DNA of 64,000 nt, taken from positions 18,027,028-18,091,027 of the forward strand of contig CM082576.2 of NCBI GenBank assembly GCA_040954595.2, in the 5' to 3' direction. The position numbers and the translations under genes were made by a program. Below are positions 11,901-21,058 of this stretch, piece after piece; the stretch's first letter is position 1; every line of letters begins with the position of its first letter. The DNA is from Balanoglossus misakiensis (Eukaryota; Animalia; Hemichordata). Under the pieces are notes generated by a model. That model was not told where the DNA came from, did not search any database, and saw nothing but the letters and a program-made list of their open reading frames with translations.

Positions 11901-13473
11901 ATTATAATGTCGTTAAAAGTTCTCACAAAAAATAGAAATAGTAAAAAAGTGGTCTCGAACCAACATCAGTTGACATCCTCAGGTAAAACCTTTCCTGAAC
12001 CTTTCGCCATCACAATGTGTACTCGAAAAAGTCGGAAATTTTCCGCACTATATTGCAGCATAACTCCAATGATCTTATTTGCACCGCAGCTGTGCAAATA
12101 CGAGTTCCCTGCACCGTAGCGGTGCGAATAAGAGTTCCCTGGCCCCGCAATGATCTGACCGTTCTTTATTTACTCCTCGGCGACATAAAACGTTTTATTA
12201 CGGCTTAAATAACGACTTTTTCGCTCCTTGGTTGGTCATTCGGACGGAAAGACAGGGTTTTAGCGAGTTTATCTTTCTCTCTGCTGAGCACTCCGTTATT
12301 CAGACTTGCCCAAGTGAACCGCGACAAAAAATGGCCAAGTTTCTCTGCATGTTTGTTATACCAGACAGATAAAAAAAGCAGCGTAGATATTGAAATGAAT
12401 TGGATTTATGAAATTGTTAAAAATTACAATTATAATGTCGTTAAAAGTTCTCACAAAAAAATAGAAATAGAAAAAAAGTGGTCTCGAACCAACATCAGTC
12501 GACACCTTCGGGTAAAAGGCTAGCCTTCCTGAACCTTTCGCCATCATGATGTGTACTCGAAAAAGTAGGAAATTTTCCGCACTATATTGCAGCATAACTC
12601 CAATGATCTTATTTGCACCGCAGTGGACAAAAACGTTTTATTACGGCCTAAATAACGACTTTTTCGCTCCTTGGTTGGTCATGCAGACGGAAAGGCGCGG
12701 TTTAGCGATTTTATCTTTCTCTCTGCAGAGCACTCCGTTATTCAGACTTGCCCAAGTGAACCTCGACAAAAAAATGGCCAAGTTTCTCTGCATGTTTGTT
12801 ATACCAGACAGATAAAAAACGCAGCGTAGATATAGAAATGAATTGGATTTATGAAAATGATAAAAATTACAATGAAAATGTCGTTAAAAGTTCTCACAAA
12901 AAAGAAATAAAAATAAAGTGGTCTCGAACCAACATCAGTCGACACCTTCGGGTAAAAGGCTAGCCTTCCTGAACCTTTCGCCATCATGATGTGTACTCGA
13001 AAAAGTAGGACATTTTCTGCACTATATTGCAGCATAACTCCAATGATCTTATTTGCACCGCAGTGGACAAAAACGTTTTATTACGGCCTAAATAACGACT
13101 TTTTCGCTCCTTGGTTGGTCATGCGGACGGAAAGACACGGTTTAGCGAGTTTATCTTTCTCTCTGCTGAGCACTCCGTATTCAGACTTGTCCAAGTGAAC
13201 CGCGACAAAAAATGGCCAAGTTTCTCTGCATGTTTGTTATACCAGACAGATAAAAAACGCAGCGTAGATATTACAATGAATTGGATTAATGAAAATGGAA
13301 AAAATTACAATGAAAACGTCGTTAAAAGTTCTCACAAAAAAAGAAATAGAAAAATAAAATGGTCTCGAACCAACATCAGTCGACACCTTCGGGTAAAAGG
13401 CTAGCGTTCCTGAACCTTTCGCCATCATAATGTGTACTCGAAAAAGTAGTAAATTTTCCGCACTATACTGCAG
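6000..13473. repeat. Tandem array of ~530-bp and ~441-bp units (left part, ~15 units)
   Basis: The anchor aaaacgttttattacggc recurs at ~6102, 6632, 7160, 7691, 8219, 8660, 9191, 9632, 10163, 10690, 11130, 11661, 12188, 12630 and 13070. Identical short ORFs repeat with it. Confidence 0.97.
6383..6463 (-). promoter_or_regulatory. tRNA-like Pol III internal promoter (A box, B box) plus oligo-T run; one per array unit (first copy given)
   Basis: Minus strand reads GA-TGGCCAAAGGTT ... GTT-GGTTCGAGACC-AC-TTTTTTT. A-box T at 6456, B-box G at 6402 (54 nt apart). No acceptor stem. Confidence 0.45.
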
Positions 13474-13734
13474 TGTAGTAAATACCGGTTACTAACCTGG
13501 TAGGTACTACGGGTTGTCTTATTCCGGGCCACAGAGTTTTGCTTGGTACTGGTCGTCAGTCCTGGTAGCGTGTTGCTCTGCTGCTGGTCCGGGTCGTTCT
13601 CGTTCTGATAGTTGAGAAACGTGGGTAAAAACCAGTAGCACAGGTGCAGGGCATTCCGTAGTGCAATTACGTCAGAGGCGTCCCACCTGTACAGCAGGGC
13701 GCCACCAACGGCCAGAAGCCCACAAATTACTACA
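13474..13734 (-). repeat. 3' LTR (261 bp)
   Basis: Identical by eye to 40627-40887; TG...CA ends. Confidence 0.97.
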
Positions 13735-13755
13735 CTCTTCCCACTTTTCTTTTTT
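13735..13755 (-). other. Polypurine tract
   Basis: Minus strand AAAAAAGAAAAGTGGGAAGAG directly precedes the 3' LTR. Confidence 0.85.
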
Positions 13756-13856
13756 GGCAGGATGGTCAACCTAGGGATCTCAAAAGGCTAGAGAAGTTAA
13801 CGTATTTTTCCCACCCCTGCAATCTGCCAACCTCATGGTCTTGGCGAGATTGATCC

Positions 13857-16631
13857 CTAGTGATATAGACGTCTGGTGTTACGGACAGTTGCTTCAAGAA
13901 GGTGCACTAGATCAGTCCCCCTTGAGTTAGCAACAGCCACGGCCACATCCCCTATAAGAGCTGGAGTACTGGTTACATCACGAGGGCCCCCAAGATACGG
14001 CGAATCTGTTTCGATTAACAGACGCTCGATGGGCACCTCCTTCAAAGCTCGAATCTGGCAACGGTCAAATTTGGTGGTCGTGATGGAGAAACCGAAGTAA
14101 CAATTCTTGAAGCGCTTCGACCACCTTTGAACAGTGTTGACCGTACCAGTAAAATTGTGGATATGTATTTTCTGCCGTGGCGAACACCATTCCTGTACTA
14201 ATTGCAATGCTTGGCAATGCACATCTGACCCATACTGGTCCCCATATGGCCCTCTAATGTGCAGGACTAAGGGTTTCTCAGGCACACACATGGCAAGTGC
14301 TCGAGAGAGAACCCTGTCTTGGGCGCTCCAGTATTTACTTGGCTCTGTGCGGTCGAGACCCACCTCCCCAAGGGCGGCTACCTGTGTGCTCGTGACAAGC
14401 CGCTTGAGGGCTTTAAAGGTCCTTTCGTCGGCTCTTGGAGCTTTCCTTGGATGGATCCCGATGGCGATACTCCAACCTTTGGGCCGGTTCAAATCCATGG
14501 GGTAGTACTCCGGATCGCAAAAGACCTCGACGCCCCCAATGATGTTGACAGGAAAATTCGCCCTTGGGCCATTATGCCAGTTAACCAAAGCTACTGATGT
14601 TGCAGGGCAGTCCCTACCGCGAAATCGAGCCAGTGTTCGGTCAAGATGAAAGTGGGAATCCATGGCTTCCAATAGACTGTCTGATTGTAGATAATCCTGT
14701 GCTGTCCCCTGTAACTCTTGCTCAATAGGTTGGTCAGCTTGGGATTCTATTGTAATTGAGTCCAGTATCACGTATTCAACCGGGAGCTCAATTTCTGATG
14801 GTGGGATCGGGACTGAGTCCTGTATCACGTGATCAACAGGTTGCTCAGCCTGTGGGATCCTTTCAGTACAGTCTAATGAAATTTCTTTCTCTACTTGATC
14901 ACCCCATGAGATTCCCTGGGACGTGGAGTCCTGTATCACGGATTCAACAGGTTGTTCCATTTCTCCCATACCTATAATCATTGCCAAGTCTTGGTGTGCG
15001 TCCTCCACATGGATCGGACTATTTCCTGAGGCTACAGGTGAATATGTGATCTCCCTCGCATGAGTTGGAGATTGGAACTCACCTTCATTTTCGGAAACCA
15101 TTTCCTGGTCGACACAGGAGCCAGTCTCCCCCCTAGGGGTAGGTGACCGCGGCTCGCCGTGATCTGCCTCAGGATTCTCTGTTACCATTTCCTGGTCTGC
15201 ACTTGGCGAGCAGGAGACAGTCTCCCCCGTAAGGGTAGGTGACTGAGGATTTCCGTGCTCTGCCTCGGGGCCTTCCAGTTCCGGCATCGGATGACATGGT
15301 GAATGCGAGGTGATCTCTGCCACTGGGGTGGGAGACCGGGACTCACCATGCTCCCTTGGGGGTACCACGGGTTGGAAGGCTTCCCGCTGCTCCTCAGTCA
15401 GGTGCGAAAGGAGGATGACGAGAATCCTCCAATGCAGCAGGACGGCTGGTGAATTCGGTGGGTGCAGCGAGAATCGTCGTGGTACGGCCCATCCGCTGGT
15501 CTGGCACAGTCGCTTCATCATCAGACAGTTGGCTTCGGTGAGCGCAGAGGATGCTGGGACTTCTTCCAAGTGATGTTGCAGGAAGTACTCCAGCAGCTTG
15601 GTGACAGTTCCTCTGGGGCCCAAAACCCAGCCCGCCAGCTTCAGCAGGGCATGAGTAACATCAGCTGTCTGCATGATAAGGGGGTTTTCCTGTAGACGGG
15701 GGTCGATATGGTAGAAGAAGCAGTGCCGTTTGAGACGTTTGGAGGTCTGCCCACATCCTGGAATAGGGCAGGTACATGAGCGGCTGTTGGTAGATTTTCT
15801 GCTTCTTCTACCCCTACAGGAATTGGTCGCCGCAGTCGTGGTGGTCTTCGACTTCGGCACCCCCTTCGGCTCCTGTGCCATCCATACAACGGAGCGTCGC
15901 CGCCGCTTCCCGTCACGCTGTATGGTCACCTCCAAACGAGATTCCTCACCCCGCTCTCGCTTCTTTGGTTTCGTGGCCGCCATCTTCTGCGTTCCTCTCC
16001 GTGGCTGGCTTGATGTCTTTCGTGGTGGCTCACGGGGGGTACTTTTCCGTGGCTCTGCCAGGGGTCGCCGCGCAGCTACTGCTGAGTACAATTCACGGGG
16101 CGCTGCAGAAGATGGTTGTGTCGATGTTCTTCGGGGTGAGGATGCCCGCGATGTTGAGGCGATGGAGGTGACTGGGTCCCTGCCTTGCATGGTGTCTTCT
16201 ACTACAACCGTCTCCCCCGACTTCTTCAGCAGGTGCTTGACAGTCGGGAGATCGGGCTGCGTCTGTAGGCGAACATCACGGCAGGGTCCAGACGTGACGG
16301 TACTGCTGGGACGGGACTTCCGTTGCGGGATCCTGTTCTTATGCGGATCCCGATGGAGAAGATGCTTGTACAGCCATTCCTCGGAGAAGATCACATCGGC
16401 TTCGCGGCGTGTAGTCTCCACCCAATGCCAATGGCCTCTCCGAGATGCTAGTTGATACTGGCGTAACAGCATCCTCTCCTTTTCAGGGAGCGTGACCTTG
16501 GCCAGCCCGATGCCGTAGGTGAGGTCGAGTGGTGGAAGCAGAATCCGTTTCCGGTCTGCCTCCACCACTTCTTGCCAGGTCATATGCTGCTTCTTAGGGC
16601 GAGGTCCCCCGCGATACCGCTGGGAGTCCAT
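13857..16631 (-). CDS. ORF3 (~924 aa): basic/disordered N-terminus, C2H2-like zinc finger, acidic repeat linker, C-terminal TatD-family metallo-nuclease
   Basis: TatD motifs DSHFHLD, IGIHP, ALGEVGLD, PLVLHIR, HIHNFTG, YFGFS, LLIETDSPY (13857-~14665). Zinc finger CPIPGC...HCFFYH at ~15706-15777. First ATG at 16631, just after the pol stop. Confidence 0.9.
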   Translation of the reverse strand: MDSQRYRGGPRPKKQHMTWQEVVEADRKRILLPPLDLTYGIGLAKVTLPEKERMLLRQYQLASRRGHWHWVETTRREADVIFSEEWLYKHLLHRDPHKNRIPQRKSRPSSTVTSGPCRDVRLQTQPDLPTVKHLLKKSGETVVVEDTMQGRDPVTSIASTSRASSPRRTSTQPSSAAPRELYSAVAARRPLAEPRKSTPREPPRKTSSQPRRGTQKMAATKPKKRERGEESRLEVTIQRDGKRRRRSVVWMAQEPKGVPKSKTTTTAATNSCRGRRSRKSTNSRSCTCPIPGCGQTSKRLKRHCFFYHIDPRLQENPLIMQTADVTHALLKLAGWVLGPRGTVTKLLEYFLQHHLEEVPASSALTEANCLMMKRLCQTSGWAVPRRFSLHPPNSPAVLLHWRILVILLSHLTEEQREAFQPVVPPREHGESRSPTPVAEITSHSPCHPMPELEGPEAEHGNPQSPTLTGETVSCSPSADQEMVTENPEADHGEPRSPTPRGETGSCVDQEMVSENEGEFQSPTHAREITYSPVASGNSPIHVEDAHQDLAMIIGMGEMEQPVESVIQDSTSQGISWGDQVEKEISLDCTERIPQAEQPVDHVIQDSVPIPPSEIELPVEYVILDSITIESQADQPIEQELQGTAQDYLQSDSLLEAMDSHFHLDRTLARFRGRDCPATSVALVNWHNGPRANFPVNIIGGVEVFCDPEYYPMDLNRPKGWSIAIGIHPRKAPRADERTFKALKRLVTSTQVAALGEVGLDRTEPSKYWSAQDRVLSRALAMCVPEKPLVLHIRGPYGDQYGSDVHCQALQLVQEWCSPRQKIHIHNFTGTVNTVQRWSKRFKNCYFGFSITTTKFDRCQIRALKEVPIERLLIETDSPYLGGPRDVTSTPALIGDVAVAVANSRGTDLVHLLEATVRNTRRLYH

Positions 16632-16666
16632 GATCTGTACAAGAAAGAATAAGAGACATGATGAGG

Positions 16667-19600
16667 TTACACTGAAACTGCGCTTATTTCGCTTGGTTTG
16701 CAGTTGGGACAAGAAAACAGTGCTTTTTTCTTAATTTCGGTTGGTGTAACATTCACACACGCTCCATGAAACCATTCATAGCAATAATCACACTGGATCA
16801 TAAGTTTCCCATCATCAGGTTTCCTGCAAAGGCAATATACTTCACCCATTCCTGCGCTGTCCTTAAGTAAGGTCTTCCTAAAGGTTACTATCCAGCGAGG
16901 AAGCTCTTTATCCTGGCAAAGCTTTAGCCGATCGTGATGGGCGGTCCAAACCTCTCTTCGCAATTTGATGCGGAAGAGATAGGGTGTGATTTTGGTGATG
17001 ATGACCCCTGGTCCTTTCCAAGGTGGGCATAGTTTCCGGCATTTGCCTTTAGTGGTTCCGGTATCCAACAGATATACTGGATCCCCTACCTTGAAGGACT
17101 GCTTGTTCACTCGGAGGTCGTAATCACGTTTCATTCTTTCTTGTGTGGTCTTCAGTATTTCCCGCGCTGTCTCATGAGAATTCGTTATGGCCTCCTTCAA
17201 TTCATACACATACCCCTCATGAGATTGGTCAGTGTTTGTCCTGGGAGGCCGGAATACAAGATCAGCGGGCTGGTTTATTTCCCTACCTAACATCATCCGG
17301 TTGGGCGTAAAACCAGTGCTGCGGTTGACTGAAGAGCGGAGAGCTCCGGCGATCTGTGAGAGAAATTTATCCCATTCTTTCTGTGACTTGATGTAGCATC
17401 TGATTGCGTTCATCAAAGTGCGATTCTGCCGTTCCGCCTGGCCATTAGCAGATGGTCTGTAAGAAGTGGTTCTTGTTTTATGGATATGAAGAATCTCACA
17501 AATCGCTGAAAATAACTGACTTTCAAAGTTTCTTCCCTGGTCAGTGTGAATTTCAAATGGATACCCGAACCTGGTAAAGAATTCAGCTACTGCGGCGTGT
17601 GCTGTTTCCTCAGCATTTTGTGTTGGCAGCGGTATACATTCTACCCACTTGGTGAATTGATCTACCATTACCAGGATATACTCATTACCCCGAGGTGTCT
17701 TGGGTAACGGCCCTAGGAAATCCAAGTGAACTCGTTCCATCGCTGCCCCCGCATGAAATAGGGTCAGCTGATGTCGGTGGTGTCTGTGTGCTTTCTTGTT
17801 GTGATTGCAAATTGCACACATTGTGACATACTTGCGAATGTCGTGGGACATCCTATACCAATGGTATTTGGTCCTGATTCTGGCTTGAGTGCGCTGTATT
17901 CCCTGGTGCCCACAAGATGGAATATCATGATTCAACCGTATAACTTCATCTTTCATGGTATTAGGGATGACTAGTTGTATGGTGTTTTCATCTGTGGCCG
18001 ACTTTCTCCACAGTACTCCCTCCTCAATGAAGTATAGGTCACGGTTGATCCAATAATTCTTTGCTGCAGGGCTGGAGAGTCTCAGCTCTCCTTCCTCAGG
18101 AACTTTCCCAGTTTCAAGCCATGTGATGAGAATCCCCAGTGTTTTATCAGTCTGCTGTGCCTGTTGGTATTCTTTGTGAGAATATCCTAGGATGGCTGTT
18201 CCCAGTTTAGTGGAATCCTCTCTGGATAGTATGCAGACTTGTACAGGATCCGGAAAGTGGGAAATTTCGAGGTTCGAATGAGGCACGTCGATTAGTTCAT
18301 CCTGGACTGTGTCACTGGTGATTCCGCAGCAAGTTAATAGACCCAAGTTACCTCCAGGGTCCCATGGCCAGGTCTCTTCATCTTGAATTGCTGGTTGTAT
18401 TCGTGGGTTCATGATACCGGTACATTGGTTCACCACATATGGCCCTTCGGTTTGGTGGAGTTGGCTGTTCCCGTGTTCGTTTCTGGGTTCAGCCATGGTC
18501 AGGGGAATTACATCATCCACCTCCTTGATGAACGGGCTCCAGTTTCGATGTGCTCTGCTGCAATAGTTGCATCCCCCGCAAGGTAAGGATTCCAATTTTG
18601 TTCCATGCTCAAAATTGGTGCAGGCACTTTGCTCGGGTAATCTTGACAGGGAGTCGGCGTTGATGTGTTGTTTTCCTGGTCGGTGTTGCACAGTAAAGTT
18701 GTACTGGCTTAGTTCTTCTAGCCAGCGAGCTAATTGGCCTTGTGGTTCTTTGAATCGTATTAGCCATAGCAAACTGTGATGATCTGTCCGTACCAGAAAT
18801 TTGTTACCAAGCAAGTAGTATCGAAACTGCCGGGTGAACCTTACGACTGCCAGCAATTCTTTTCTTGTGGTGCAGTACCGTCTCTGTTCAGGTGTCAGGG
18901 CATAACTTCCATAAGAAATTGTTCTCTCCTTGCCGTTCTGTATCTGGGATAACTCAGCTCCGATGGCAAAGTCTGAGGCATCCGTGTCTAGAATGAAGTT
19001 ATCCTTTGTATTGGGCAAGGTCAGAACAGGGGCAGCGGTGAGTGCTTTCTTGATGTCCTCAAAAGCTTGATGTTGCTCATACCCCCAGGCGAATGGTTTC
19101 TTCCCGGTTACACTGTACAGAGGTACCGCTAACTTGGCATAATCCTTGATGAAGGCGCGATGGTAGTTCGCAAATCCTGCAAATTTTTCCACGTCCTTCG
19201 TGTTGATAGGGATTGGCCATTCTTGGATCATCCGAATAGATTGATCTTCAAGAGATATTCTGTTTCTACCAACTTTCCTACCCAGGAAACTTACTTCCTG
19301 TTGGAATAACTCACACTTTCTTGGCTTGAGTTTCAGTTGGTACTTCCGTAGTCGTTTGAAGACTTCCCGGAGATTTTTAAGGTGTTCTTCGAAGCTTGAT
19401 CCGAGCACCATTATATCATCCAGAAATGCCAGTACGATGTCCCAAGTTAGGCCCCTTAGTACTAGGTTCATCACTCTGGAGAAAGTAGCAGGTGCGTTGC
19501 ACAGACCAAACGGCATTCGGGTAAATTCGTACAAACCGTATTTGGTGGTGAAAGCCGTTTTCTTGCACTCGGGTGGATTAATACTTATCTGCCAGTATGC

Positions 19601-21058
19601 CGAGTTGGCGTCCAACTTGGAGAACCATAGACATCCTGATAGAGTGTCCATACACTCCTCCACCAATGGCAGCGGAAAAACGTCCTTTACGGTGATGTTG
19701 TTTAGGGCTCGATAATCCACACACCAACGCACGCTTGCATCTCGTTTTCGCACTAGAACTGGTGCCGAAGCCCATTCGGAGATTGATGGTCTTATAACTC
19801 CGGCATTCAGCATTTTCTTTAAGTGGGCTTCTTCTTCCCCTGCAAAACACATTGGAGTGCGCCGTAGACGTTGCTTTATTGGTGGATTGTCTTTTGTGTC
19901 GACGCTATGTGTGATTGCAGTGAAATTTCCCAGATCAAATTCGTCCTTGGCGAAAACATGACTGCAGGATCTTTCAAACAGATTTCCTAAATGTGAAGGT
20001 AGCCCGCCTACCGGCTGAGGGCGTACTTCAGTCCTCTGTTGGATGTCAGGTGATGGGACGGTGATCACCTCCACTTCTGTAGCTGATGCGATAGGATCCT
20101 TGCTCTTCAGAGTTATATAATTCTCCGTCGGGTTGACTAAACAAACCTTAGGTGATTGTTCCCCCGAGTGAAGTGTCCTGGGCATCATTACTTTCAATCC
20201 CTGGGTTGGTTCTACCAAATAGTCGGTTAGATCCGTATCGAGTAAACAGGATATTCTGACCACACTATTCGGTGGGATGATTGTCCGTCGCTTCAAAGTT
20301 ACCTTTGCCACTTTTGGTGAATGATCCCTCTGTCCAAGGGTCATAGGTATGTGTTCCTCCCCCAAATGGAGCCAGTTGTTACTCATGTTGATGGTTGCTC
20401 CATTTGCTTGTAGGAAATCAACTCCCAGTAGCATTTCGTCGCCTATTGGGGCTACGTATATATCGGCATTGAAGACGGCACGTCCCAGCTGGATGTCAAC
20501 GGGTCCGACCAGGTTGGCTTTCATGGTTAACTGTCTTCCAGCTGTTTGCATGGTAACTTCCCGCAATATTGGAGGTTTTACTCGCAGACTGTTGTACAGT
20601 TGGTCAGAGATAATAGTGACTTCTGCGGCGGTATCGATGATAGCGGTAGCGGACTGGTCTCCAATTTTTGCTGGGATGCTATACATTGAACTGGACACAA
20701 GTTGGTTAATGACAACCATAGGCATGTCATTAGCTTCGGATGTTGCCATACTGGTCTTTGACGATTTTGTCTCTTCCACTGTTGAGTTGGTCACATCTGC
20801 GCAATGTGTACCATCATCAGTTGGAGTTGGTATAGTCGTTGTATACACATCTGCACAATGTGTATTGACATCAAGTGTTACCGATTCAGCTGATGGCGAT
20901 GGCACGTCAATATTACAGTTGCGATCGCCCTCCGTGGAAGCGTTGAGGCCGTAGGTTATGGGTTGTTGGGTCAAACTTTGGCCTCTGGGCTTGACCCTTT
21001 GGTGTTTAATGGACTGGCCGGCGCTGTTTCCTTCTTTTCCGATGTTCCATGGGGACAT
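16667..21058 (-). CDS. pol: Pol polyprotein: aspartic protease, RT, RNase H, integrase, C-terminal PHD finger
   Basis: IIDTAAEVT (PR); VRWCVDYRALN, MPFGLCNAP, AFLDD (RT); LDTDAS, TDHHSL (RH); H-x6-H...CAIC, DFLGP, TDQGRNF, NGQAERQN (IN); YCLC...CDYCYEWFHGAC...CPNC (PHD). 1463 uninterrupted codons. Confidence 0.97.
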   Translation of the reverse strand: MSPWNIGKEGNSAGQSIKHQRVKPRGQSLTQQPITYGLNASTEGDRNCNIDVPSPSAESVTLDVNTHCADVYTTTIPTPTDDGTHCADVTNSTVEETKSSKTSMATSEANDMPMVVINQLVSSSMYSIPAKIGDQSATAIIDTAAEVTIISDQLYNSLRVKPPILREVTMQTAGRQLTMKANLVGPVDIQLGRAVFNADIYVAPIGDEMLLGVDFLQANGATINMSNNWLHLGEEHIPMTLGQRDHSPKVAKVTLKRRTIIPPNSVVRISCLLDTDLTDYLVEPTQGLKVMMPRTLHSGEQSPKVCLVNPTENYITLKSKDPIASATEVEVITVPSPDIQQRTEVRPQPVGGLPSHLGNLFERSCSHVFAKDEFDLGNFTAITHSVDTKDNPPIKQRLRRTPMCFAGEEEAHLKKMLNAGVIRPSISEWASAPVLVRKRDASVRWCVDYRALNNITVKDVFPLPLVEECMDTLSGCLWFSKLDANSAYWQISINPPECKKTAFTTKYGLYEFTRMPFGLCNAPATFSRVMNLVLRGLTWDIVLAFLDDIMVLGSSFEEHLKNLREVFKRLRKYQLKLKPRKCELFQQEVSFLGRKVGRNRISLEDQSIRMIQEWPIPINTKDVEKFAGFANYHRAFIKDYAKLAVPLYSVTGKKPFAWGYEQHQAFEDIKKALTAAPVLTLPNTKDNFILDTDASDFAIGAELSQIQNGKERTISYGSYALTPEQRRYCTTRKELLAVVRFTRQFRYYLLGNKFLVRTDHHSLLWLIRFKEPQGQLARWLEELSQYNFTVQHRPGKQHINADSLSRLPEQSACTNFEHGTKLESLPCGGCNYCSRAHRNWSPFIKEVDDVIPLTMAEPRNEHGNSQLHQTEGPYVVNQCTGIMNPRIQPAIQDEETWPWDPGGNLGLLTCCGITSDTVQDELIDVPHSNLEISHFPDPVQVCILSREDSTKLGTAILGYSHKEYQQAQQTDKTLGILITWLETGKVPEEGELRLSSPAAKNYWINRDLYFIEEGVLWRKSATDENTIQLVIPNTMKDEVIRLNHDIPSCGHQGIQRTQARIRTKYHWYRMSHDIRKYVTMCAICNHNKKAHRHHRHQLTLFHAGAAMERVHLDFLGPLPKTPRGNEYILVMVDQFTKWVECIPLPTQNAEETAHAAVAEFFTRFGYPFEIHTDQGRNFESQLFSAICEILHIHKTRTTSYRPSANGQAERQNRTLMNAIRCYIKSQKEWDKFLSQIAGALRSSVNRSTGFTPNRMMLGREINQPADLVFRPPRTNTDQSHEGYVYELKEAITNSHETAREILKTTQERMKRDYDLRVNKQSFKVGDPVYLLDTGTTKGKCRKLCPPWKGPGVIITKITPYLFRIKLRREVWTAHHDRLKLCQDKELPRWIVTFRKTLLKDSAGMGEVYCLCRKPDDGKLMIQCDYCYEWFHGACVNVTPTEIKKKALFSCPNCKPSEISAVSV

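Noticed and set aside
6000-13473. Repeated 60-137 aa ORFs as a gene family, or the array as CRISPR
   Set aside because: The ORFs are by-products of the tandem unit and vary by frameshift. There are no unique spacers and no cas genes.
13690-13712. CTCF-like motifs in the LTR and at ~56315/60260
   Set aside because: Only partial matches by eye; cannot be supported without a PWM scan or ChIP data.
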